DNA of 64,000 nucleotides from Strigamia acuminata (Eukaryota): NCBI GenBank assembly GCA_949358305.1, contig OX442314.1, positions 21,886,001 to 21,950,000 of the forward strand, read 5' to 3'. Shown piece by piece: positions 50,606 to 63,447 of this stretch (position 1 is its first letter; each line of letters starts with the position of its first letter). The notes under the pieces were generated by a model. It saw only the letters and a program-made list of their open reading frames with translations, ran no database searches and was not told where the DNA came from. The position numbers and the translations under genes were made by a program.

Positions 50606-51881
50606 ATGAGAATCAGCATCATTTTTTATACTTGCTTACTGTTACTGAAACCCTTTGCCGCAAATCCAGATGTAGGTGTAAATTATTTAATACGTGTAAT
50701 AATAGAAAATTAATTTATTATAAAATAATTTATTTATTCAAAGTGTATAGGAGATATTCGAAAGTTATTAAAAAAATTATTACCTACTTTAGTTACGGAG
50801 AATAATAAGGTAACGTAAGCTTAGAATATGTAGGAAAAGTAAGTAAAAATATAAATTAAAATTTTTCTTTATTTAGGAGCATAAAGAACAGTTTACAAGT
50901 TGCATGTTGACGTTGTTTGAAGGGGTATACAAGCAAAATCTTTTGCATATTCGTTCAGTACTCACTAACTAACGTTGCAGGAACGAAAACATTGCCATTT
51001 TCATAAATTTCAGTCACAAGAACTTCCCCATTGCGCCGCAGCTATCAGAAAGGTAATTGATAATTTAGTTTTATATACAACTTAGAAGTGTATTGCAGAC
51101 CAAGAAGACTCCAAACATCACGGGTTTAAGAGTTAGAAACAAGTGTCTGGAAGTGAATAATCAGCGTAACATTAACTTTATTTTATTATAATATTATAAT
51201 ATAGAAGAATTTAGGCTTGGCTGCAATTGAAGTAATAAGTTGTAAACCATCTATGCTTTACCGTAGTTTTAGTAAAAGTAAAATATTTAATCAAAAAGCA
51301 ATTTACGAGTTCTACCACAAGCCAGAGGATATGAGTTAGTCAAATCAAAACTTAAATTTCCAAATTTCCTGAAACAAATAACGTATACATACCGGTAATA
51401 ATCTTTTTATAATTGTCAGGCAAGCTACCAGTCAGTTCTAAATAAGAATTTAAACCAATCGTGGTCGGAATACTTTAAATCAATCGAAATCCACGCTTTC
51501 TCAAATGCTAAGAAAGATCGTCACGATTACAAAGATCCTGGCCATATATGTCATAATTTGTCAGACTACCTACTTAAAAGATTTGAAGCTTTTGGGGGTA
51601 AAAAGAAAAATCAGGAACTGTGGCATAAGTACTGTATGGAAAAGAAATCACAATGTCAATTGAGAGAAAAAGTTATTTTCACAACGAATTCGTATGACAA
51701 CGATGTAATCCCATCAGTGATCAAAGGGGAACCTCAAAAATTTATTGAATTATTTATAAAGAAACTCGCAGAAATACTTTTGTATAAGGGTATTGCTAAT
51801 GCTGAAAAAGAATCTGCTGATTTAGGAAATTGTCTAGTTGATTTATCTAATATTCTTAAGAAAAAATTGAGCAAACACTAA
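50606..51881 (+). CDS. Secreted protein family copy 4 (diverged, intact, 5 exons; last exon 51420-51881)
   Basis: TATA at 50543; MRISIIFYTCLLLLKPFA; the same phase-0 introns; Cys positions largely conserved. Confidence 0.8.
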
Positions 51882-53499
51882 TTTCTAATGACTTTTGACA
51901 TTAACTGAAAATTCATATTTAATTTATGGATTTAGTGGATTGTATTTTTCTTTTTTGTATGCATACTTATCATTATTGTTAACTTTAAACACCAGCTCAC
52001 GGTCATAATTTGTGCACCACATTGTATCTTTGCAACAAATAAGCAAATACCGTAATTAAACTATTGAACTCAACATCTGTGTGATTTTATTGTATCGAAC
52101 CATGAGCAAGACTTACAAGTTGACATTTCAACTTTTTACCTTACAAGTGTGAACCAGACTTTACAACGTATTATAATAACATTAAGTAATGGTGTGAGTT
52201 GAACTTGCTGAGGTTTCTAATGATGAGGAACTTGAGAAATAAACTTGAATCCATCCCATTTAATGTTTAAAATGTTATATGCAAACGAGAAAATATTTTT
52301 AACACCTCCGATTATTCGCAACAAACATCTGCCGGATTGCAAACTAATTTATAAATGTTTCCCTAAGGTATGATGTGATGGCACACTAGATAAAGATGTT
52401 AGGTAAGACACTTAGCCATAAAAGATAAGATTCTGCATTATTATTCTTTTTTCTACCAACTGTTGTAGCTCAGGTAAGTTATGGTAAGTTTTATCTTTCA
52501 TCTACAGTAAACCATCAAGATAATTAAAATAAGCTTACTCCATTCGGACTTACTTTAGAATAGGCCCCACTTCAGAATGGACCCAAATTTTGGTTACTTA
52601 CCAAATAAAGCATGCTGATTCCGAAAATCACTCCCAATAATGTCTGAATTTAACCTAGCCTAGCCTATCCATAACCTAACCAAAGCAATCACGAAGAAAT
52701 TTAGCAATAATCAAATCTCACTGCACTTACAGTACTCGTTGTGTAAACTCATTATGTTGTAGTTTCTTGTTTAAACTCCACAGTTTGCGAAACTCTGCTG
52801 TAGACAAAATGACCGGCTGATAAGTTTTGCAGGGAAGTTATCGAAAAGGGGTCAAGGTTAAGATCTCCACAGACAATACCATCGGCCCGCGTAGATGCAG
52901 GTGTGGAGGAAGTAGCTATAAATTAAGTCGCAATTCCAAAACATATTTGATCTTTGTGTTACATCTGTATTTAAATTTTAAATACACTTGTTGACCAAGT
53001 TTTGATAAAAACATTTACAAATCCTGTTTTATTATTTTATACTGCAATGTGTGAATTTTGTTTTTATACCTCAAACTGAATTTTTTAGTTGCTCCGAGTT
53101 AATGTCATCCAGATCATTGATTTTGTAATAGATTAAGCTGCCATATAAAACCTACAAAACTACAAATTTAAAGTAGAACAAATAAATAATAAATAATAAA
53201 AATAAAAATGGCCTTTGGAATTGCTGACCTTAGTGAATTTTAGTCGCCAACCAGCAAGCTGACGTCACCAATTTGTTATTTTTATAATCCACTTATTCCC
53301 CCCCTTCAAATAACTTTGAACCGCTACCTGTGTACGCAAATCGAGTAAAAGCACTTCCGTTGCTTTGTATGCAATCAATTGTCGGCAGTTGGCTCAGGTA
53401 AACATTAAGTTTTTTCTCCTCTTCCACTCCAACTAAAATTGATATTTTTTCATTAATTAAGTCCAGACAGAATTAATTAGTTTATTTATAACAACTAAT

Positions 53500-56400
53500 A
53501 TGCTGAATATTGGAATCTTCGATACTAAATATTTGTTAATTGGATTATTGATCCAACATTTACATGGCAATTTACCAAACCAGTTAACATGTGGAACTAC
53601 AAGCCGTTTGAATAAAACAAATCCCGAATTTGGCTTTAACACAGTAAGTTTGTTTCGCACATGCGCAATGATGATTATACCGCAACGATTAAAATTTCAG
53701 GTTGATTTCATTAAATTATATAATTTCTTACACGAAGAGCACACTGTGACTACCCAAGATGGGTATTTCATAAAAATACAACGTGTGGTTAAAAAAGACG
53801 TTTCCCACATCCAAAAATATCCAGTACTGCTCATGCATGGACTGGGCTGTTCTTCAGTGATGTGGGTGGATAATTGCGAGGCCAGTTTAGGTAAACAAAT
53901 CCTCCCAATTTATAAAATTTATAAAATTTACTCATTACAACTTAATTAATTCAAATTCCAGCATTTATATTAGCCAATCACGGCTACGATGTGTGGCTAG
54001 GAAACATCCGAGGAAATCCTTATGGCAGAGAACATTTGAATAGAAAATTTAACTCAAAACTATTTTGGAATTTCAGGTACACAAAGCGAGAAAGTTCAAA
54101 GTTCTGTACTTGCTCGCTTGCTACACTAGTACTGCTAAAATGATGAATCCAACCTGTAAGTTTTGTGCAGGTTTTAAGAGTTATTTTACCCTACAGTTTT
54201 ACCGAAAATGGTATGCACGATGCTACATCCATAATCGACTTGATACTTAAAAAAACAGGCTTCCACCAGTTGCACTACATTGGCCATAGCATGGGAACGA
54301 CAATGATGTTCGTGCTTTTATCCTCTAAACCAGAATACAATCTTAAGATTAAAAGATTTATTGCCCTAGCTCCCGTAGTTTATATTGACAATATTAATCC
54401 CAGCCTACGAGCTCTATTCGATAAATTCAGTGCCTTCAAAGTAAGTAATAAAATTTAAATTTATTTATCTTGAATACAACATTTAAGTATGTTCACAGAG
54501 CATTTTAGCAATGTTTCATCAGTACGCGCTCATTCCGAATCCGGCAATAAATTCGTTTATAATCAGTGCGTTCTGCCCATTTGGAGAAAATAAATGTGAC
54601 AGCCTTATCTCTCTGTTGGTTGGTAACAACACGTCATTACTGAATAAGGTTAGTCTGTGTGCAACATTGTATTTCTTGTGCGAGTGGCAGCATGGTTCGG
54701 AGAGAACCACACGGTTCTGGACCTGCGCGACGCGATAAAAAATGAAAACAAGACGCCCTGGATTTAAGTTTATAGTGGCCTTTATTCTCATTATACAGGG
54801 TGTCCCAAAAGTCTGAACCTCCCCAAATAATTTCCAAAATACTTGAGATATCAGAAAACTGAAGAAAAACTCATAAGGGAAATCTTTCATTGCGAATCTG
54901 ATGGGATCCTCAAATTTGACCTTTAAGGTCATTTTCAAGGTCATTCACTTGCTAACTTCTAAACCAATCAGGTTAGAGCAAAATTTCCAATTACAAAGTT
55001 GTAGAAAACCATCTAATTAGTCTAGAACTGTTCTTAAAAAAATTATTTCTTCAGGAAAAGTTTTGAGAAAAAAAGGTTTGAAATGTTAGTCTACTCAGCT
55101 TTGTAACCTAAAACTATCATGTGGAATGTATTTCCAAAATAAATTATTTCCTTTCTTTTGTGTTTCCTCTCTTCTACTTACAAGTATGACCCAATAAAGT
55201 GTCCTAATTGAGGATTAGCTTGGTTGCCTCAATAGTTTTAAGTTACAAAGCTGAGTTACAAAGCTGAGTAGACCAATGTTTCAAATCTCTTTTTCTCAAA
55301 ACTTTTCCGTAGGAAGTAATTTTTTTAAGAACAGTTCTAGACTAATTAGATGGTTCTTTACAACTTTGTAATTGGAAATTTTGCTCTAACCTGATTGGTT
55401 TAGAAGTTAGCAAGTGAATGACCTTGAAAATGACCTTTGAGGTCAAATTTGAGGATCCCATCAGTTTCGCAATAAAAGATTTCCCCAATGAGTTTTTCTT
55501 CAGTTTTCTGATATCTCAAGTATTTTGGAAATTATTTGGGGAGGTTCAGACTTTTGGGACACCCTGTATAGCGGTCACTAATCCTAAAGTGCTCCCAGTT
55601 TGATTTGTTAAGGCACTTGAGGCACGGTGAGCGCAAACTGAGCAGCAGACTTTCTTCCCTGCATTAACTGCAGTCGAAAGTCTTTATAACGAATCGCAAG
55701 GAACCCGAAAATTTGATTCATTATATCAAAATTTTTTAACATGGTGTTCTGTGGGCAGTCAACCAAATCAGCCATTTTTAGGTATTCGTTATATCGATAG
55801 TTCCTTATATCGCGATTCGTTGTAAAGAGTTTCGACTGTATTCTGAAGCCTGAAAACATTTGAGGCGATAAAAACAATTCAGGCGCCTATGCATCTATCT
55901 AATTTTGAATTTCTAAAAATCTAGGCGCCAGGCAAGAATTTTTAGGCGCCATGGCGACCGGTGTTTGTCGACCTCTGGGCAATGTAATGAATCGAGTTTG
56001 TTGCGGCACTTCCTGTTGCCTGTCCTTTTATCCCAGTGGTCCAAGAACCACTTCCGGGGCTGCAGCTCCGCCTAGAGGTTAGAAACTCAAGGGCCATCAT
56101 ATTGATGATGATGGGTGTTAAGTTCTAACATAAATACTCCAGACTTGTCTCAACTGGACACAAACACACATGTTTATTCACTCGGCTAAAGCTCATACAT
56201 TCTGGAATCCACACAATATCACCATGGTAATCCTTGAAACAATTAGTAACAATTCATGTGTCTCGTGGCATTATTGAATGCTTAATTGGAAATACATAGC
56301 AAATACAACATACCTCCCCTAGTTCCAATTACAATTCAATCCAAGAAACGACCGAGTCACAATATTATCTCTCAAAACTTAATTCGATTAATTTTCAAAC

Positions 56401-59400
56401 AAATATAATTTACCAACTAAAACAGGTCGCAATTTCCCTCGCGACTTTTACACAAATCAATTTAAAACTTGTATTTCACAATAAACTCTTTAAATTTTAA
56501 TCCCACTTTTCTTTTTTCTTTCTCCACTTTATTCTTTCTCCCGACTTTGCATCATCCTTCTAAATGACGCTTCCGCACCCGTATCATCAACTTCTGGACT
56601 CTGTTCTGGTTCTGGAGAAATTGGCGTCGTTATCGTCATGTCAGCCACCCTCAATCCTCGTTTTGCGGTACGCTTGCTCAGCGACTGTTGTTTGTAGGTG
56701 ACCGGGATCAGATCTTCTTCGCCGCCATTCTCCTCCCCCGATGAAGAGTCTCTGTAATTAGGGGCAAGATTACGAGTCGCCCTAGTAGTACGTGTCGTCA
56801 CAGGTGTTGTCTGATCCAATGCTTGTAGGATGTTCCCAACAAACTGCAGCCTTGGTAAATCCGGTCGTGCCCCACTCGTTCCAGCCACTGGTGTAGGCCG
56901 CGAACCTCCCGCATTCTCTTCCTGCGCACGAGGGGCCACTTCCGGCGCCGGTGTCAGTACGTGAGCCGGCAACACTGCCCTAAAAGGTGGTGTCAGTATC
57001 ACAGGTGCCCCCGCCACAGGTGCCGCCTCCACTGCTGGCACAGGCTGTAAAAACTGGAGGTAAAATTGGGGGCTGCACTGGAGGCACTGGCAACACAATT
57101 CCCGGGAGCACTGGTATCAGTTTCGGTTTAGCTGGTGCACCCAATGTGTACGCTCTCGCATCAGTTGTAACCATCTCGGGCTCCACTTGCTTGTGTTCAC
57201 TGGGTAGAGGCAACGGCTCGCCTATCAATTCTCCTGTGACGATCTCATCCCTGCGTAATAGATGATTAACATGTCTCGTTACCACTTTCCCGGCGGTGAC
57301 GTCTCGTAAAGTGTACAACAAACTGCCCTTTTTCTGCATAACTACCGCTGGTAACCAAGGTGGTTTGGTATCTGGGAATGACTTATACCACACTCGATCA
57401 TTCGGTCTAAACACTCTGCAAAGAGAATCGCGCTCGCCACCGGTCACCAATGCACGGGGTCTGACAAGATCTAAGTAAGTAAATAGCTGCCTGCCGAGAA
57501 AGCTCATTGCGGGTGATTCATTGTCGCGACCCTTGAAAGCAGTGTGCTGAAAAAGCATTAATCGCAGCAGCCTCATCTCCAAATCCCCTTTTGTGAATTT
57601 CAACAGCCTCTCCTTGACCCAACGCACGGCCCTCTCAGCTAACCCATTACTTTGTGCGTGCCAGGGAGGCGAAAACATATGTTCAATCCCGTTTCTTGAT
57701 GTAAACTCGGCAAATTCTGCCGATTTAAATTGGGTTCCGTTGTCGCTTACTAGCAGGTGGGGAATACCAAACGTGCTGAAAATATGTCTTAGCGCGTGGA
57801 TGGTGGTGGCAGAAGTGGCCTTCCGCAGGGCCCTGGCTTCAATCCATCCGGAATGGGCATCGACTAGCACCAAAACCATGAAGTTCTGTATAGGGCCTGC
57901 GAAGTCAATGTGTACTCTAACCCATGGTTCCTCGGCACGAGGCCAAGAAACCGGAGGTGCATGGGGTGGGAGGGACCTGTTCTGCGCGCATAAATTACAT
58001 TTTTGGACAAAATCCACAATCCGGGCCGTGATTCCAGGCCACCACACCACACTCCGGGCTCGTTTCTTCATTGAAACGATCCCGGGGTGGCCCTCATGCA
58101 GTAATTTTAACATGCGATCTTGCAACCCCCCGGGAATCACGACTCGATCGCCCCACAGCAGGACCCCCGCCGTCAAACTTAACTCATCAAACTTTATCAA
58201 ATAGTCTTTCAGCACAGGGACCCCAACAAGCAGGCGCCCAGAGCCGGAAAGAACCGCAGCCACCACCACCTTAAGTACGGCGTCCGTTGCCGTGGCCGCT
58301 GCCACATCCTTTGCGGTCAGCAAGTTCTCTTTGGCCAACTCAATCAAGAATGTCGGCCACTCTTCCTCGTCTCTCGGTACATCACCTATCGGAAAACGAC
58401 TCAAAACATCCGCGTTAGTATTAAACTCTCCCTTCCTATAGCGGAGCTCGTAGTCGTATGCGGACAAAATTAGAGCCCACCGGAGCATCCTGGGGCTGAC
58501 CACAACTGGAATTGGTCGGTCGGATCCCAGGATGCCCAAGAGTGGCTTGTGATCTGTGTAAATCACGAAATGACGTCCAAGGAGGTAAATATGAAACTTT
58601 TTGATTGCGAAAATTATCGCCAACCCCTCCTTGTCAATATGGGCGTAGTTTAATTCCGCCCGGCTAAGGGAGCGAGAGGCATAAGCCACTGGAAACTCCC
58701 TATCCGTGTCATCCGAGTGGGCCAGTACTGCGCCAACTCCGTAAGGAGAAGCGTCCGTTGCAACCACCAACGGGCGATGCAAGTCGTAATAAGTCAGCAC
58801 TGGCGCCGCCGTCAACGCTCGCTTGATGCACTCGAAAGCGCGCTGGCGGCGGTCAGTCCATGTCCACTCGGTCTGGGCGCATAACAACTCGTAAAGAGGC
58901 GCAGCTTTTTCGGCCAATCGCTGTATAAATACTGAGTAGAACGCAACAATTCCAAGGAAAGTGCGTAGTTGTTTCACGTCAGTTGGTGGCGGGATCGCGG
59001 TCACTGCCTCTACTTTTGACACCATTGGTTCAATGCCCCTTGAACTGATCTGAAAGCCCAAAAAGGTTAAAGCTTCTTTACAGAACAAACACTTTTCCCT
59101 CGCCAACCGTAAACCCTTATTGGATAAGCGAGCGAAAATAAGACCCAACACCTCAAAATGCTCTTGTAAAGTCCAGGTAGCCACCAGAATATCGTCCAAA
59201 TAGACGAATATTCTGGGGACCCCATCCAACACGGTGATGATGATCCGCTGGAAAACTCCAGCGGACGGCATCGTCCCAAACGGTAACCGCGTCACGGCCA
59301 TAAGACCTTTCGGCGTATTAACCGCCGCAATGACCGCCGACCGCTGGGATAATGGGACCTGGAAGTAGGCCTGGCGCAGGTCAAGGGTGCTGAAAATTTT

Positions 59401-62400
59401 TGCACGACCTATGGATGCCAACAACTCGGCAATCTTTGGTAGGGGGTAGGGGTCCGGCTGCAAACTGCTGTTCACGGTCGACCTATAGTCGCCGCAAAGC
59501 CGAACCCCCCCATCTTTTTTAGCCACAGTGACCAGTGGGGTCCCCCAAGCTGAAAACGGAATTGGTTGAAAAACCCCCTGGCCCACCAAACGATCTATCT
59601 CACGGTCGACTGCCCCCCGGAGCGGCAACGGGATCGGTCTAGGGCGATAGAATTTAGGGACGGCGTCTTTTTTTAATACCAACTCTATAGGCTCGCCCTT
59701 GTATGTGCCTAATTCCTCCCCAAAAACGTGCTCGAACTTTGCCAATAATTGGGCCAATAAAACCTCCGTTGACACGGGTGGCACATGAGGCGTTGACGTC
59801 TCCACTTGACCCACCGACCGCTGACCGGCGTCTTTAAATGCACCCGGCCACTGTCCTCCTCCGCTCCGGGCTGCAGTCAAATCTAAACTCGGGCCACCTG
59901 AAATCAAAGCAGATGAAATGTTAAACCATCCAAATTTTTCAACTATGTCTCTGCCTATCAAACTCGGACCGCTCCTATCAACAACCACAAAATCGATTAT
60001 TTCAGTCATCCCACCGACCGTTGTCGTGAGAGCAACTCGTCCCAAGGTCCTAATAGGATGTTTCTGGTAAGCAAAAAGTTTCAACCCGGTCGGTTTAATT
60101 TCCCGCCTTAACAATAAGCCTTTTGCCAATAAAATATCGCAATCCTTTGCATTCAGCACTGACAGCTCGCTCCCCGTATCCAACCACAAATTAAAATTTA
60201 ATAAGTTCAAAGTCACGCGCACTATCAGTGGTGGCGAACGCGACCTCGCAGCTGCCAATTGGAACAATGCAAAGTCCTCATCTTGCTCCTGGATGACATT
60301 AATTGGCACATTGCGCTGTTTCCACTTATCCTCTGACTCCGCGCCACAATACCCAAGATCAGTGTCCAACGGGAAAGTCGGGGGAAGTGAGGCGGTCAAA
60401 ACTTGATTATCGCTTTTCTTCCTCCAATCGGCCACCGGGCGGGTCCCCGCTGCTTGTTGTTGAGTGGTTATGGGTGCCAAAGGTTCGTAGGGACAATCCC
60501 TAACAAAGTGCGGACCTCCGCAGCGAAAGCATTGGACTGGCCTGCCGTCCCTAGTTACCGGTGGGCCGGCCTGTCCTCTCGCAGATCCTTGACGCCCGCG
60601 CCAAGGTCGCTGTGAAGATCCCCTTGTCTGAACGCTCGGCCCCGCACCTGCCGTACCGGGGAACGCCTGCTGGAAAGCTCTCCCACGTCCCCTCCATCCA
60701 CCACGTCCTCTCCCAGTAGACACTTGCATTACTGCTGAAGTCGTGGCGCCTTTATCTACCTCTGTAAGCGGCAAAGGCTCCTCAGTTCCGACCATAGCGA
60801 CGTGCGCCATTTCGTGCGCCACCGCTCGTTTTGTCGCCGCATCCACTGTCATCGGCATGTTCAAGAGGATTTCCCTCACCAAAAACGAATTTCCTACGCC
60901 TCGGACTAACTGGTCTACGATGGCATTGTCCGATTCGGTCTTCGTCGCAAAACCACACTTTTCGGACATGATCCTCAACGTGGCGATGTATTTTTCCACG
61001 GTTTCACCTTCTAATCGCTTCCTTGCTCCAAATTTTTGTTTGGCCATATAAGGTGTGTTGATGGAGTCATAAAAAGTGTCCACAACACCCAAAATCTCTG
61101 TCAAATCCATTTTAGTCACCTCCTTTGGGTGGGTCCATCGTTTAATTTTCTCGTACATGGGGATGCCGATGACTGTTAACAACAATGGCACCTGCTTTGG
61201 CGCTAACACATCATTCAAAATTACGAATTGGGCGAAGGTCTCCCGCCAGCTCTTCCACTCGTTCAGGCTCGACCCTGTAAACGGCGGGATGCTTCCCAAC
61301 GTCACTTGTGCCATTATTTCTGGCTGATTAGTCCACTCACTCAAATAGGCCTCAATACGATTGACGAAAATCGACAACGTCTCTAACTCGATTCGCCCAC
61401 TGGATCCGAATCTCACGTCGTTAATTCCTTCAAAAACCTCGGTAAAATCAAACGTAAACGGCGACGACTCACGGTCGCTCCTCGATCCGCTCAGCTCAAC
61501 ACAAATCGAACCCGACGTGGGCAACACTCTCAGATTCCCCGTCAAAACGCCATTTCGATGTCGCACGTCGTCAATGCAAACATAAAACGTCTCATTAAAA
61601 GGTAAACACGACCAAAACTCACGGTTGCGCCTCTCTGTTTCGCCACACGCGAAATTCGAAATCGACACGAACGACCTCGCCAAAACACACGCCAACCAGC
61701 ACAGAAAAATTGTCCACACCAAATCACGTACGCAATCGACTTTGGTCTTCATTCAAAACATCGTGGATACCACTGTTAAGTTCTAACATAAATACTCCAG
61801 ACTTGTCTCAACTGGACACAAACACACATGTTTATTCACTCGGCTAAAGCTCATACATTCTGGAATCCACACAATATCACCATGGTAATCCTTGAAACAA
61901 TTAGTAACAATTCATGTGTCTCGTGGCATTATTGAATGCTTAATTGGAAATACATAGCAAATACAACAATGGGACAGTGACCCGCAGTGACCACTGTCAC
62001 ACTTTCACTAAACCCAAAATCCCAAAGTCTACAAAATAAAAGTTGGCTCCACTGCATATTCTATTTTATGAAGTAAAATCAAGTCTTTTCTTGAAACCTT
62101 TAAAATTGATTCCAAGTATTACTTCTAGCCTAGAATACCATTGTATGTCTCCCACTGTTCAGCTGGCACATCATTAAAAACGTTGTCACACTACCTTCAG
62201 GTAAAAAACAATATAATAATTGTAATTTGTTTGCTTGTTTACTATTTACATCTCTTTTCTTTTTTAACTTAAGATTCATACAACCCATAATTTTTCCAAT
62301 TACGACTATGAATCTTCTAAAATTAATATACAACATTACAAGAGCGTAATATAAATATAATTTTTTAAAAAAAATTTGATTCACATTATATAAAATCTAT

Positions 62401-62668
62401 ATTGCAGCCTTCTCCGCCGTTATATGATCTCCGAAAAATATCTGCTCCTGTTGCCTTATTCTGGTCTGAAGGCGATTTTTTCACAGACAGCCGCGACGTG
62501 GCGCGACTCGCACATCAACTACCAAATGTTGTTTTAAATTATAAAATTCCATTCAAAAATTTCTCACACGCTGATTTTATGTGGGCAGTGAATGCCAGCG
62601 AATTATTATATAACAAAATTATTGAAACTATGGATTTCTTTCAAATACCTCTGAACGATAGACCTTGA
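53500..62668 (+). CDS. Acid lipase D; exons ~53500-53643, 53701-53890, 53962-54076, 54196-54440, 54499-54648, 62129-62200, ~62274-62345, 62408-62668
   Basis: MHGLG, GYDVWLGNIRGN, GHSMG, AGTS, FSHADF; a 7.5-kb intron holds TEs. Confidence 0.85.
54794..55568. mobile_element. Tc1/mariner MITE with ~310-bp TIRs
   Basis: tacagggtgtcccaaaag.../...cttttgggacaccctgta, TA flanks. Confidence 0.9.
56116..61968 (-). mobile_element. Mag-like Gypsy LTR retrotransposon, antisense within the lipase D intron
   Basis: 195-bp LTRs 56116-56310 and 61774-61968; ATGGG 5-bp TSD; PBS tggtatccacgatg; PPT next to the 3' LTR. Confidence 0.96.
56980..61752 (-). CDS. Single-ORF gag-pol polyprotein
   Basis: CFRCGGPHFVRDC, LDTGS, YLDD, TDAS, H..HPG/C..C, SDNG integrase; the true start may be internal (MAQVTLG). 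Confidence 0.95.
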   Translation of the reverse strand: MKTKVDCVRDLVWTIFLCWLACVLARSFVSISNFACGETERRNREFWSCLPFNETFYVCIDDVRHRNGVLTGNLRVLPTSGSICVELSGSRSDRESSPFTFDFTEVFEGINDVRFGSSGRIELETLSIFVNRIEAYLSEWTNQPEIMAQVTLGSIPPFTGSSLNEWKSWRETFAQFVILNDVLAPKQVPLLLTVIGIPMYEKIKRWTHPKEVTKMDLTEILGVVDTFYDSINTPYMAKQKFGARKRLEGETVEKYIATLRIMSEKCGFATKTESDNAIVDQLVRGVGNSFLVREILLNMPMTVDAATKRAVAHEMAHVAMVGTEEPLPLTEVDKGATTSAVMQVSTGRGRGGWRGRGRAFQQAFPGTAGAGPSVQTRGSSQRPWRGRQGSARGQAGPPVTRDGRPVQCFRCGGPHFVRDCPYEPLAPITTQQQAAGTRPVADWRKKSDNQVLTASLPPTFPLDTDLGYCGAESEDKWKQRNVPINVIQEQDEDFALFQLAAARSRSPPLIVRVTLNLLNFNLWLDTGSELSVLNAKDCDILLAKGLLLRREIKPTGLKLFAYQKHPIRTLGRVALTTTVGGMTEIIDFVVVDRSGPSLIGRDIVEKFGWFNISSALISGGPSLDLTAARSGGGQWPGAFKDAGQRSVGQVETSTPHVPPVSTEVLLAQLLAKFEHVFGEELGTYKGEPIELVLKKDAVPKFYRPRPIPLPLRGAVDREIDRLVGQGVFQPIPFSAWGTPLVTVAKKDGGVRLCGDYRSTVNSSLQPDPYPLPKIAELLASIGRAKIFSTLDLRQAYFQVPLSQRSAVIAAVNTPKGLMAVTRLPFGTMPSAGVFQRIIITVLDGVPRIFVYLDDILVATWTLQEHFEVLGLIFARLSNKGLRLAREKCLFCKEALTFLGFQISSRGIEPMVSKVEAVTAIPPPTDVKQLRTFLGIVAFYSVFIQRLAEKAAPLYELLCAQTEWTWTDRRQRAFECIKRALTAAPVLTYYDLHRPLVVATDASPYGVGAVLAHSDDTDREFPVAYASRSLSRAELNYAHIDKEGLAIIFAIKKFHIYLLGRHFVIYTDHKPLLGILGSDRPIPVVVSPRMLRWALILSAYDYELRYRKGEFNTNADVLSRFPIGDVPRDEEEWPTFLIELAKENLLTAKDVAAATATDAVLKVVVAAVLSGSGRLLVGVPVLKDYLIKFDELSLTAGVLLWGDRVVIPGGLQDRMLKLLHEGHPGIVSMKKRARSVVWWPGITARIVDFVQKCNLCAQNRSLPPHAPPVSWPRAEEPWVRVHIDFAGPIQNFMVLVLVDAHSGWIEARALRKATSATTIHALRHIFSTFGIPHLLVSDNGTQFKSAEFAEFTSRNGIEHMFSPPWHAQSNGLAERAVRWVKERLLKFTKGDLEMRLLRLMLFQHTAFKGRDNESPAMSFLGRQLFTYLDLVRPRALVTGGERDSLCRVFRPNDRVWYKSFPDTKPPWLPAVVMQKKGSLLYTLRDVTAGKVVTRHVNHLLRRDEIVTGELIGEPLPLPSEHKQVEPEMVTTDARAYTLGAPAKPKLIPVLPGIVLPVPPVQPPILPPVFTACASSGGGTCGGGTCDTDTTF

Positions 62669-62872
62669 TAGTTTGTACGTATAAATTGAATAAATTAAAA
62701 TATATAGCTAACCTTCAATCTCTGTTTAGGCACGTTACATTCACAGTGAGTGCGCTGCATAGAAATCTAATGGCGTCAACTTTTCAATTTCTGCCTCCCG
62801 CTTAATGTAACTCGAATACCACTCAACATTACACCAAAAATAAAAAAGAAGAAAATAATAAGCTTTCATTTA

Positions 62873-63046
<174 letters not shown>

Positions 63047-63447
63047 TTATGATAAAAATAAACATTAAAGAAACCTGCGGATTGAATGTTGACTTTCAAA
63101 CAATACTCAACATTACCCCAAACAATCCAAACACAAGAATTACGATGTAAACAGTTTTCATGACTGCTTAGAACAAAGACAAATGAAATAAAAAGATGGC
63201 ATAATTCTTAACCTTGAACTTCTTTATTTAACCTGAAGGATGTGCGATGAGCTTTAGAGTCAACCACAAAGTTCTCGACCAATAAAAAATATTTTAAAAA
63301 TAAAAATATTTACAAAAAGAATGAAAAAGACTCAAAAAATTTCATACAAAATTGCAGTTTTAATGATGCAACTCTAATTTATTCTCTACACATAAAATAT
63401 TTTACAATATTAATTGTATATATCACTACAGTTTATAATCATATCAA

